Source: Amphiscolops sp. MND2022
Lineage: Eukaryota
NCBI GenBank assembly: GCA_964187785.1
Contig: OZ076410.1
Coordinates: 51,150,001-51,214,000, forward strand
Length of the DNA: 64,000 nucleotides
Direction of reading: 5' to 3'
Part shown: positions 11,936-22,933 of the stretch, one piece after another
Layout: each line of letters starts with the position of its first letter
Position numbering within the stretch: position 1 is the first letter of the stretch
The notes under the pieces: generated by a model
Databases searched by the model: none
What the model was told of the DNA's origin: nothing
What the model saw: only the letters and a program-made list of their open reading frames with translations
Translations under genes and position numbers: made by a program

Positions 11936-12465
11936 TTTCTAACTTTTTACGTTCCTTTTACATGGTTGTGAAGTGATGTTTATCTGAATCACTGTTTCAA
12001 TCTGATTACAATTTCAATAAAATGTTCAATATTGCTCCGCTGTTAATTTTTACAGTGTTCAATTGCAAATTGTCCCTCCGTAGTTTTCTATTTTAGAAGG
12101 ATGTTTGCAAGCTGATCCGTTTTTCCCGGTTGACCCTTCCTTGTAAATAGGGCATTTTAAGCTGTTTCCGACAGTTGAATCACATACTTGAGCTAATAAT
12201 TTTCACAGAGATACAAAATTGATTGACAGATACTTTAGAGGCAACGCTGACTCTAGTACGTAGTTAGTTTTTCTTTTTATGGTTGGTTTACGCTCCTTTT
12301 ATGGTAAAGTGACTCACACCTTCCATAAAAGGTAGGTTGGATTTGCTGACTGAACGTTCCGCCATTTTTTCATTATTCTGTTAACATCTCAACAATCGAG
12401 TTGCTTCCGTAGCGATACAGATTTGTTGCAATATGTGTCATTTTCCATGTTTTCATACTTAATAA

Positions 12466-12959
12466 TTGAATCATTGCGCAAAATTATGCTTTCAACAAAT
12501 GCAATTGCATAATTCTGCTTTGAGTCCACAACATTTGAGTTTTATATCAATCAAATTTACTGTGTTCACTTTATTTCAGTGGTTATGGTTGGATTCGTCC
12601 TTTTTCGTTGTACAAACCAAAACGTCACACAATCGCAGCATCAGCTGAGGGAAATTGGAAATCCAGATACAACTACTATGTTCAAACAGCATGTTTTTTT
12701 ACTATGCCTTACAATCGTTCCAGCAGCGAGTCTTGAACGTGCCAAGACCAAATTACGAATACCACATTTTTCCTTACTTTACAAAAATTGCAAGTTGTAC
12801 CACTTGGAACTTATTATCCGCGAAGCTACCAGACTTATTGCTCACAACCACGAGATTTTCACCCCAGGAGACAAAGAAGATAGACTGCTTATTTCTCACA
12901 ACCCCAGTCTCTTAGGGTTCCTCCGAATCAGGAACCTGGAGTTGTCAGTCACCCTTTAA
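12466..12959 (+). pseudogene. Polinton accessory ORF of unknown function (right-arm copy)
   Basis: 126-aa open segment GFVLFRCTNQNVTQSQHQLREIG...KLYHLELIIREATRLIAHNHEIFTP, conserved between arms; starts just downstream of the repeated cassette. Confidence 0.45.
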
Positions 12960-12999
12960 TCCTCAGTTGACACATCCCAAAACACTTTTGTTGGAGCTT

Positions 13000-13795
13000 G
13001 GGTTTTGTATGTTATTACTAAAGAACGACTTGTTCAATAATATCTAATTGAATTTTCTGTACGGTTTTTTAGTATCAGTGACTGACTGACAAGAAATGAG
13101 AAGTGGTCAACAGATCGTATATCAAAACTGTATGGATGGGATCAGTCAAATGATTGACTTTTATCAATGTGCGACTGTACAAGAAATAACACTGCGAACT
13201 CACGCTTGTTTTTTCCTGCAGTATGCTGATTCGAGAACTATTACTGCATTTCCGTCAATTCTTGTGGTGTTTGTATGTAAACGGATTGCTTGAAACGGAC
13301 ACCAACTCACTATATATTGCCTAAACCGAGAAGGAATTGTGTGATTGTACATAATCTCAAATGAAAGAAGAGTTCACCCTGTGGATATCTCATTGTAAGG
13401 ACGAGTTTATGACAAAAGCCTACTGTCTATTTCTTTCCGTACTTGCTGAACGAAATAAAAGAAGCATAACAAGCTCGATCCTAGTCTCTGCAAGGCAGAA
13501 TTTAGTCGCACGGATTTGTTGTGTGGGTGCTGCAAGACGTTCTTTTGTGGTTCTCACTCACTCAATTCAATTTTTACCGCAACTGAATGAACAAGAGATA
13601 AATTGAAAGCAGCGGTGATTTTCCTGTTTCCAAATATTGAAGACTTTTGCAAAAGAAAGTGACGTGATGTCAGTGCTTTGTTCTATTCCTGGCAATATGG
13701 GTATGTACGAACAGACAAAAGACCTTTAACTACATTTACCTAAAACGTATTGTTTTAAAAAAATGAATGTCACTCTCGTCTGATCAACATTCAAC
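13000..13795 (+). pseudogene. Protein-primed DNA polymerase B, C-terminal palm/thumb fragment (right-arm copy)
   Basis: FFLQYA followed by LETDTNSLYIA at 13289-13321, then K..EF...CCKTF and MYEQTK / YIYLKRIV segments typical of the Polinton pPolB C-terminus; several stops and frameshifts. Confidence 0.78.
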
Positions 13796-14737
13796 ATTTC
13801 TGTACATTTCATAGCATTGAAATTGATCCATTTATACAGTATAAATGCAATTTTTTCCAATAAAAGCTTTTTCATCAACAGAGAGCAGTCAAGTATCTAG
13901 CTCAACATACTCTGTTGATAAAAGTTTCCACAGGCGAAAAAACTCCTACACTATCATCAACATTTGCGCTTGTGGGTGAAATCAATCCCCTGGGTCTTCG
14001 TGCTCACAAAATTTCATTTTGCCCAAAGTTTCGCAGTGCTGAAAAATGTCCCACTTTGACGAAAAACCCTATTCCCGATCTTAATACATTGCTGACGTTA
14101 TTAGCTGTTTTTATTCATTGACACTTACACTTTTTCATCTTTATACTTTGACGAAGCTCTAGCATATCTTGATATATCAGAAGACACTCGTTTCCATTCC
14201 TTTATACATTGAGACAATCAGACCGGCCAATCAGAATCGAGCACGAAAATTCAGTCGGAATTGCGGATAAACTATACCGGTGGCAGCTAACTTTTTCCGG
14301 TTGCGCATAAAATATTCCGCAGGCGGATAAAATATTGCGGGGCGGATAAAATTATTCCCGCGGGCGGCCGGGCCTACTAAAAACAATTTTTTACCCAAAA
14401 TCCCACAGAGCCGAAATTGTCCCACAGTACCGAAAAACAGTACCTTTTTCACTATCCTAAAACATTACCGAAGCTGTTCCCAATCTTTATACATTGGGCA
14501 CGTCCTATTACGTTGACGACACCTCAACCACTTGGCTCCGATTCAGCACGAGCTGAGCCCTCAACAAGTCAGAATCGAGCACGACTCAAGTCGGCACCAC
14601 GAGCCAGCACCACCCGCGAAGCGAGTCGTGGCCTGGGAAGACCCTTCTCGGCCTGGGCTCGGGCCGAACAGCTATAGCCTATTTCAAAACATAAGGGTCT
14701 TCCACCCCCCACCTGATCTGCTCACTCTCTTACTACT

Positions 14738-14743
14738 GCAAAC
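14738..14743 (+). repeat. Right target-site duplication GCAAAC of the Polinton
   Basis: Direct repeat of 334-339, immediately after terminal ...TACTACT. Confidence 0.88.
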
Positions 14744-14885
14744 ACTAAAAGCGATGAATATCTCTTCTCTAGCTGTTGAAGAAAAACGACTTCAGAGGCA
14801 CTCGAAGACGAATTAAGAAAGCTATCGGCTTGTCTCCGGGTCCGATGAAAGTGAGATATTTAAATAAATGGAAAGGTAAAAGGAA

Positions 14886-15479
14886 TTGTTTGTGAAGGCT
14901 TTCGGGTTGGGTAGTTACATAAGGTCTAACGGATCAAGAAAAGTCATTCTGACAAACTTTGAAAGGAAATACAGTCACTACCAGCTACGCCTGAAAAATA
15001 CAAAGAAACATTTCTTGAGCCGTTTCAAAATGGAAATGAACCTACAATTCTCAAACGTAGATCTAGTTGCCGAGCCAGTTAGTCCAAGCTACTTCTCATC
15101 AGTAGACGAATTGGTCGTAGACGTGAAGTCCGTGGAAGCTGCTGCCAGCGGATCAGGTGAAAGCGATATAGAAGTTATTGCATGTTACCGGCAAGTGCCA
15201 TTAAATCCTCAAACTACAATTGCTGGTAGAAAGATGACGACCGATCTGTCTGGTTGTACAGAGAGTGAATTCCCAGACTTTCCTTGGGACGATTTCGAGA
15301 AAATCTTGCAGTCGACGGAACAAGTAGACCCTCTGGACAGGCGGGCAGGGCTTTGTGGAGCTTCAAGAACTGGCAGTCCGTTAATCAGACATTGCGGGAA
15401 ACTACACCCTCAGGTTCATGCCCCTATATCTCCGCCGGCCTGTGATAAACCAACTACATATCGAGGTGAGACTTATTGA
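14886..15479 (+). CDS. Extra sense-strand ORF of a third LTR-retrotransposon family, reading across the PPT into the LTR
   Basis: 197-aa open frame. Purine-rich GGACAGGCGGGCAGGG is followed by TGTGGAGC at 15354, the same ORF/LTR junction geometry (RAGL|CG) as in element 1 (GAGL|LQ). Confidence 0.45.
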   Translation: MFVKAFGLGSYIRSNGSRKVILTNFERKYSHYQLRLKNTKKHFLSRFKMEMNLQFSNVDLVAEPVSPSYFSSVDELVVDVKSVEAAASGSGESDIEVIACYRQVPLNPQTTIAGRKMTTDLSGCTESEFPDFPWDDFEKILQSTEQVDPLDRRAGLCGASRTGSPLIRHCGKLHPQVHAPISPPACDKPTTYRGETY

Positions 15480-17045
15480 GAGCGATCAAGAAGACAAGGA
15501 GTTTACCTTGGTCTGTGATTTTTGTCCCTAGGGGAGTGTCACAGGCTGCCGTCACAGTAATTATTACCAAATCCTACTGGAAGGAGATAAAACCAACCAG
15601 ATGTTCTCACAGTTTAGACCACTGGGACACTCGGTCCGAACAGCCACAACAAACTTTAACTTAATCAACATGAAAAATATTAAATTAGAAAATACTATTT
15701 GTGTCTGTTATACTAGAAAGCTGTTATGATTTTGTTATACAAAGTATGTGAATATGCAGTAAATTATTACGTGGACAATTAGTGCGCAAGTATAATATGA
15801 ATGGAAACGTGTTCAAAATAATTACAATTCCAATTTACTGTAGTCGTTGTTTTAGGCGTGATTAACCAATCACAATGATGTAATTATTTTGCTGTAGCCG
15901 CGTAGACTGGCAGTCTGCTGCAGTAGAATTAGTACACCTCCTATCACCAGTGCTATACTTGAATGTATTATGTAGCCATAGGGACCATTGGTCCGCTATG
16001 GTTAGAATCTATCGTATGCATGTACCTTCATATTTAGACAGCATGAAACATTTCAGTTTAGTTTCCATGTATATAATCCAACTGAAAGTATAGCAGTTTC
16101 ACCCTGATTGGCTTCCCGCTTAAATTTTTCCTTTGATGTAATAATATCATGATGTCATTATGACGCAAGATCGAAAGGAGCTATTTTCAGTAATTTTGAT
16201 TCTAAAATTAGCAACATGACTCGCAAAATTAGGGTTGTCACCCCCCAGATGACTAAAAATACGAGAGACTGGCAGGCTAAAGGACAACACAACTGATGCT
16301 AATCTGACACTTGCTAGTTGCAATTAACCTAACGTTCATTGTGATTGTTTACATACAAAGACCAGTTGTACCAGTTTCAAATATCTTCAATTCAGTTAAT
16401 CAAGACATTGATACAATTCATTGTTAAAACGTTGAATTTTATTTTAATGCCTTCAACTAGAAACAAAAAGCAAAAGAAAGGCGTTCTATGCAGTTTGTTT
16501 GATTTAGAAAAGTAGAAACAGCTGACATTATGAGGAAGTTACACAAGGGACGGGAACAGAAATAATTAGTGTGAAGATGAGTTAAATTCAGACTCATCTA
16601 TTTGACTAGAATCAAACAGGCTTCAGCAAAGTTCAAATATTTTAGGAGAGGATTTTAGATCCTTACATGATACTAAAAGTAAAGAAAACAGCGAAATGAG
16701 AATTGAGACGACTAGGATAATTAGTGCGGAAATCGCTAACCAGATGTCAAGGAAATTGAATGAAGTTAAATCCAGTCTTAATGCTCAAATTCAAGATGCA
16801 ATATCAACAGCAATTTCTGAGAAAATGCTTTCGACAATCCAAAAAACTATTAGCATGCAGGGGAGAACTAATTTCACCGTTTTGGACCGAAAGTCCAGTG
16901 GGCTACAAAGGTGCCCCGGAGCCGTGAATCCCCATAAAACATGGGAAAATCACCTCAAAATGGGTTTTACACGTGAAACCAAAAAACGTGTGGGTGGTAA
17001 GACAGAGTTCAGTAGGTTCTTATACAAGCGAACAAAATTGCGACA
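15354..17045 (+). mobile_element. Probable 3' LTR of a third Gypsy-like family
   Basis: TG...CA ends (TGTGGAGC...TTGCGACA). Contains a degenerate Gag-like N-terminus from ATG 16447 (MPSTRNKKQK...IETTRIISAEIANQMSRKLNEVKSSLNAQIQDAIS...SEQNCD) that stops at the CA, as in the other families. No PBS follows. Confidence 0.5.
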
Positions 17046-17397
17046 ATGGTATTGACTAGATCACAAACCTCTAAAAGTAACCCAACTGAGATAATAGAAA
17101 TGGACTACAACAGTGATAACGACAGTGAAGCTAGTTTCCGAGACTGCAATGCACGTGGTGCATCCAACAACATTGAGAGAGCGAATTTGCTAGATCTTGA
17201 GAGAGTTCATGAAAGAATTAGAAATGATCAAAGGTTTATAGAATTGAATAACCAGATCAGAGAAATGACCTCATCTGTTAAAGCTTTGGCGAATCAGATT
17301 ACTTCTGCTATTTCAACTAACGAGCGTATTACCCCTCAGAACAGGGAAGAGAACACACAAAATGCTGTCAACTTAGACACGTTGTGTGATTCTGACA
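17046..17397 (+). mobile_element. 3' part of an LTR of a fourth family carrying a Gag N-terminus
   Basis: MVLTRSQ...NDQRFIELNNQIREMTSSVKALANQI..., coiled-coil-like Gag leader ending at ...TCTGACA (17397), then unrelated sequence. Confidence 0.4.
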
Positions 17398-17459
17398 CTC
17401 ATCGAGTTGACTCTTATCGAAGTTCGATCGTGCTACAACTGCAGCATGACAGTAGTACT

Positions 17460-18300
17460 ATTGGAGAGATTTCGTTGTAAGATCGAACTACGAAATGCAT
17501 AATAGAGTTGGCGAACAGTTTCCACAACGCATGTCAGCATCTCCATATAATCTCATTGCGATTATTAAGTCTAACCTAGACGACTACTTCCAAAGTCGCA
17601 GCAACAAGAAAAAGAAATCATCTAGGAAAAGTGGTTTTCATACCACTTCAAGGAAGAGTTTATCTACTATGCTAAATCATTACAAACGACAGAGTTGTTC
17701 TCTCACGCAACAATTGTTGAATCAGAAATTCAGACCAAATCATCTTTTTTGGGCAATTTTAAGTACCCAGATGATTTTGAATCAAACACGACGCCAGCTA
17801 AGTACCGTGACATTTTCCGCCACAAAAAATCAGACTTCAGCCTGGTTCGGGAGCAATACCTCCTGTCTGCTACGCGGACGCACTACGGACGGAAAAAAGT
17901 GGAGAAATTTGGCAGAGTTTGTGAAAAACGCTACACAGATGGTGATTTTCAACTCCCTACACAATAAATTATTGGGGCGGAAAACAATAATGTTATAGCA
18001 GAAGAGATGTGTTTCAGTACGACACGTAGTACGAATCGTATTAGGAGGTGCAATAATGATACGATCCTGCCCCCAACCTACTACGGTAGGTGTGATGGTC
18101 CTGTCACGGTTAATATGGGAAGCTATGAGATCCCGAACTTCAATACTTTGTGTTTTACTATCAAAAAAGATAGTGCAGCTGGTATTGTGAACAGTAGTGA
18201 CTGTTCATACAGCCAAGAATAAGTCTCTAACTGCAGAATTTACTACTCTAATTTATTTATTACAGCTATTGTTGAAACTACTGGTTATATGACTCAGCCT
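17460..18300 (+). pseudogene. Degenerate coding-like segment of unknown identity
   Basis: 17695-17967 and 18007-18222 are the same frame separated by one TAA; the frame extends upstream (EKWFSYHFKEEFIYYAKS) and beyond a second stop; Cys-containing; no family recognised. Confidence 0.3.
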
Positions 18301-19055
18301 TCCTTTTCCCGGGCAATTGATGCTCCCCGAAGTTGGCCTTCGTCAAAGCCAGCCACTGGTTCGGTAGTGGCGCGTCACTTCGTTCTTGCATTTAAAGCAC
18401 TAGGTGTACGTGAAAATGTTTGTTTATAAAAACTTGCACAAAATGACCCAAAAGTATAGCCCATTAGGCCCACAAAATGCGTTTAAAGCCTGTAAGCATC
18501 AAAAAACCAAAGCAGCGATTATCTACCTACAGGGGAAAAACCCTAGAAGGGTTATTTTTAACTCATGAAAACACGCGTGAGCTTCAGAAATTTGTTTTCT
18601 TTAAAAGCATACCTCGAAAAACCAAAAAACCAGTAAACAATTTCAAGTCTTTGCAAGCTCAAATAGATTTGGTTCAGTGCGGTTCTCGAATCCATATCTT
18701 CGCACTCCTACGTGGTCAGCAGGATGCTAAAAATCCTCGTTAACCTTCGGGTCAATTGAAGTTTAAAGAAGTTTTAGAAGTAATGGCAGAAAATGTGGAA
18801 GAAAAGAAAAGAAACAAGACAAGAACGTGTAAAGTCGGCGCTATATCTAAGGCTCAAAAAGCTTTTGGTGTGAGGTCTGTGGTCTGAAAAAAACCGCTAT
18901 TGTCGGGCATTTTTCTTTAAAAAGAAAACGCGCCGACCAAAAACCACCAGGGAACGAAATAATTCGACGTCATATGTCACATGTTGAGCCCGGACTGGCT
19001 TGCAGATGTATAAGAGTTGGATTTGGGCAAGGCACGGATGCAGAGCGAGATCGAC

Positions 19056-20679
19056 TGTGATAATCCTCCTCCTCGGAGTCGTCATTTGAAATGATTGTTT
19101 CGTTTATGTTTTGTATGTTTTGATGAATTGGTCTAGCAGGATTCCTAAGTTCATGCATTTCTGAGGCCCTCAGTGGATGATCATCTTCGTCTTCTGTATC
19201 TGAGTTTTCTATGTTAGATGCGTGAACTCCATTAGACCTAATACTTTTGGATCCCGAAGGTTGAGAGTTTTGTATTCCGTCGATTTCAGATCTGGGATTT
19301 GTTATTGTTGATGTTGTTTTGTTTGTCCTTATTTCTTTCAAATTTGCATCAAACTTGTTTTCCATCTCCTCTCTCATTTTCATTATCCTGTCATTGTTCG
19401 TTTGTTCAAAGTTTCCTGTCCAAACTTGGATCTCGTTTCTGATTTGGGTAGGTTCTATTAGATTAGATCTGCTTTCGTTTTCACCTAAAGGTTCCTGAAT
19501 AACAGTGCTAACATTAGTTAAAGTTTCATTATCTTGCATTGATGTTTCTACTTGTGCTTCACCCAAATCTCGGTCAGGTGATGATGTATCATTTCTTCTG
19601 CATCTCCTGTTTCTCTTATTTCCCATTGTTCTCAAGTGAAAATGTATTGGGTTTGCTGGGGAAGAATTTCAATTTATTCAAAGGGTTTTGAGAAAACAAG
19701 TTGAAAAGATAGATCAAAGGTTGATTGCAAAACTGTTTTTTACAAAGCTTGGATGTATAACTTTAAGCAACTGCTTCTGACGGTGGTAATTCCAAAGAAT
19801 GATTGGGTACTAAACTTTTAGGTCTCAAGAAAAATGACAGGGGTTACACTCATAATTATGGGTGTCATGGTCTCCAATATATATAAAAAGAATTACGTCA
19901 AATGTCGTAATCCTATTTATAGCTCCAAATAAACATTACATGACAAGCAGAAACAAGTATTCTACAACTACAGCAAAAACCCTGGAAATCCGCACAATAA
20001 CGTATATTCGCTTTTCTTTTTCCGCATAAAAACGCATATTTACATTGCAACAATGGTATAGCGCCGTATAAAGAATAATGTGGAAAACCGCATGTTGACG
20101 CATGTGCGCCGGCGATTTTCCGCATAGAGACGTATAAATAGCACTGTATCACTGTATGAAAGATTTTACTGATTTCCGCGTAATGCCGCATATGCGGTAG
20201 CAAAATTTCGCATAATGCAGTATATGCGTCTGGAAATTTCAGTATGGTAACGCATACTGAATATTTGAAAACAGCACAAGGAAGATTATTCGTTTTCACA
20301 TTTTTGTACAGTGACGCATGTCTAATGTTAAAAAATGTCACGTACCAATCTGATACCAATTTACATTCATAAAAACAATTCAATTTCACCAAAATGAGTC
20401 ATCAGATTAGGTTGTGATTAAAGGTAAAGAATCAAGAAAACACTTATGATAAATGTATCTTAATTTGCTGTCACCTTTGCACATCAATAGGAGAAAAATA
20501 CAAACCCAAATAATTACTTGACATAATTCCACAACTAGATCAAATATTTAGACATTAAAAAGGGGGTTTAAACAGTTTGCAAGGTTTCATTAAGGCAAGT
20601 TTTGTCTCTTTGGGCTGCATCAGTCGTTCTCTTTTTCACTCTTGCACAACAGGTCCAGAGCAACCATGAGGCTGCAACA
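19056..20679 (-). repeat. 3' LTR of element 1 (1624 bp)
   Basis: Matches 32768-34390; preceded on the minus strand by purine-rich AAGGGCGCGGGAC; followed by TSD. Confidence 0.93.
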
Positions 20680-21532
20680 GTCCCGCGCCCTTAAAAGAGA
20701 ACAGTGCAGCCTCGAACCCATCTATGAAGGAGCGGGACGTCACACCCCTGTCCTTGACCGTCTCCCCGTCGTAGGCGGTAGCAACGAGGTACTCCCCCAG
20801 AGTCTCCAATGCAATCAAGTCGTAGCATTTTCCGCACCAATCGCAGAAACCGGTGATATTAGGTATCACCGTTGGCAGGAGTCTGTAGATGTGTCTCTCT
20901 TGAAGAGGTAAAAGCAGCAAGTTCGTGCTGTGCCCTACTTGGAATGGGAAGTGATGGGCCGGCACTGGGTTGGGCCCACCATTCAACTGAGGAATATGAA
21001 GGCTACCTTCATGGGGCGGTATTTGTATCATTAGTGTTGCATTGTTGTACATAAGCAAGGTATTCGGATTGGGAGTGAAAGCACTATTCAGATTTACCCT
21101 GTTTGTATGAATGTCGTTTGAAATTCTGTATGTTTGTTGATGTCCATGATCAACGGGTTGTTGGGCTTGGAAATTGAGATTGTTAGATGGAAAAGTAGTT
21201 GGGTATGTAGGTATAGGTCTATTGAATGCTGCTGGTGCTTGATTGTTATTCCTGGGTGTGGGAAGAATTGCGGCTGTTGGCTTTCCGTAACTATTTATTG
21301 GGACTCCCATTGGCTCAGCCGTTCCCCAAGGGGACATTGGTGAATCTTCTAGTTCCGTATCGACAAAAGAAGTTGACGATGATTCCCTGCTAAAGTGATG
21401 TTCTTCGACAATATCCATCATTTGACGCTCGATCTGAGTGCCAGCAGTGTCGATTAGTTCAGTTACTACAGGATATTCAGTTTCCGATGTGAACAAAGTT
21501 GCTGAAGCTGCGCCCACAAACGCTGTCATCAT
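20636..21532 (-). CDS. Intact 298-aa extra ORF of element 1 ending inside the 3' LTR
   Basis: Uninterrupted frame; N/P/Q-rich middle; CDWC motif and hydrophobic C-terminal block; last ~15 codons lie in U3. Confidence 0.6.
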   Translation of the reverse strand: MMTAFVGAASATLFTSETEYPVVTELIDTAGTQIERQMMDIVEEHHFSRESSSTSFVDTELEDSPMSPWGTAEPMGVPINSYGKPTAAILPTPRNNNQAPAAFNRPIPTYPTTFPSNNLNFQAQQPVDHGHQQTYRISNDIHTNRVNLNSAFTPNPNTLLMYNNATLMIQIPPHEGSLHIPQLNGGPNPVPAHHFPFQVGHSTNLLLLPLQERHIYRLLPTVIPNITGFCDWCGKCYDLIALETLGEYLVATAYDGETVKDRGVTSRSFIDGFEAALFSFKGAGLLQPHGCSGPVVQE

Positions 21533-22933
21533 GTCCGATCTTGGTCCGCCGACTCTAAATTTTTTTCTATATATGGCAGGTTACTTGGTTGTACTACAAA
21601 CTCTTCTCCCGAATCGGTTGATACATCGATGATACTAGGCGACTGGTTTGACATCAGAGGGCTTTCCTCAAGAGTGAATTGCAGATTGTTCCTATTTTTG
21701 TTTTACCACGAAAACGAGTTAAAAGACCATATGATGATTATTTTTATCTTCTCTTTCTATTATATCAAAATCCCCCGGAAAAATTGAGCGTCATGTTCTC
21801 AGGATTCCCCAGTTTCCCTATAAGGTCCCTTCTGTGATGTATATTACTCAACCCGCAAAAAATGTCGAGTTTTGCTTCAATTTGACGTAAACAATCTTCC
21901 ATATTCGGTGTTTCATCATCCATTAGGGGGAATTCTACCTTCACCCTAAGCCCAATTGAATCATTTTAATGAGATATAAACGAAATCGTAACTAAACTAA
22001 CTTCAAAGGATTTCATGACTAATAACTTCCATTGATAAAGAAATGAAGTGAGAATTGATATACATATCCACATCTACATGACTGGGATTCATATTTATGA
22101 ATGAAGTTTTTAGGACTAAAAGTTTTGATTTTTTATGAATTGTCACATTTATCCATAGTTCATTAAAGTATTGTTTTAAGTCCTGCACTTGAAAAGTGCG
22201 TTTCATCCAGAAAAATAACAGAACATCATGTCAGGTTTTTTGTTTCTTTTCACCGTTTGACTTGTCTGTTATGGTTCACCAAAGCAAAAGAGTGTGCTTT
22301 CATGGTAAACCGTCATTCTTGTCATAGTCAATAGCTAGTGTTAACTACTGAACATTACAACATCGTAAGAAATTGAAGTCAATCCGTGTATGTCTTTCAA
22401 ACCATGTAAGCGTAGCCTTCAGCGTGGGATTGGCCATCCGTACTATGCGCATATGCGTTTGTAATTTTCCGCATACTACCGTTTGTGTAAAGGTGATTTT
22501 CTGTATCCTACCGCATTTGCGGTTATGAATTTCCGCATACTGCCTCATAATTGGTAGTACCATTTCCGTATACTGCCGTGTAGGCAGTGGTGTCTAATTA
22601 TGGTAATTACGTAATCGTCCATTCTGGCAGTAATGGACGGCAATCAATTGACCAAGCAGGTTAGAGTATTTTCTGCATTAGTGCGCATTATCTTGCTCTC
22701 AATTGCTTTTTGCCTTTCGTTTTCTACGCCACGCCTTTAATGTTAATGAAAAATGTTTAAATTTTTCAGTGGTAATTTTAGTCTTCCTTGTGTTTTACAT
22801 CAGTACAAGCAAAGTTATTCTGTCGTTTCTATTCTGATCCAATCTTATTCCACATTTTCCATTTGTCACTAACTGCTTCGCATATTCAATTTAATTTGTT
22901 ATCCACTTGCTTTTCTCCTTATCTGTGTAGCAA

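Larger units (their letters stand above)
340..14737. mobile_element. Non-autonomous Polinton/Maverick-type element with whole-length inverted (fold-back) structure
   Basis: Left end AGTAATAAGAGCGTGAGCAGATCAGG (340); right end, reverse-complemented, AGTAGTAAGAGAGTGAGCAGATCAGG (14737). Identical 6-bp flanks GCAAAC at 334-339 and 14738-14743. Contains protein-primed PolB remnants. AGT termini plus a 6-bp TSD are established Polinton hallmarks. No integrase, capsid, ATPase or protease recognised. Confidence 0.88.
8122..14737 (-). repeat. Right arm of ~6.6-kb inverted repeat
   Basis: Reverse complement of 340-7024; inner match ends at 7024/8122 (TTACATTTCAATTT / AAATTGAAATGTAA). Confidence 0.97.

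Noticed and set aside
340-14737. Autonomous Polinton or intact virus
   Set aside because: No retroviral-type integrase, capsid, packaging ATPase or cysteine protease recognised; PolB is fragmented with stops in both arms
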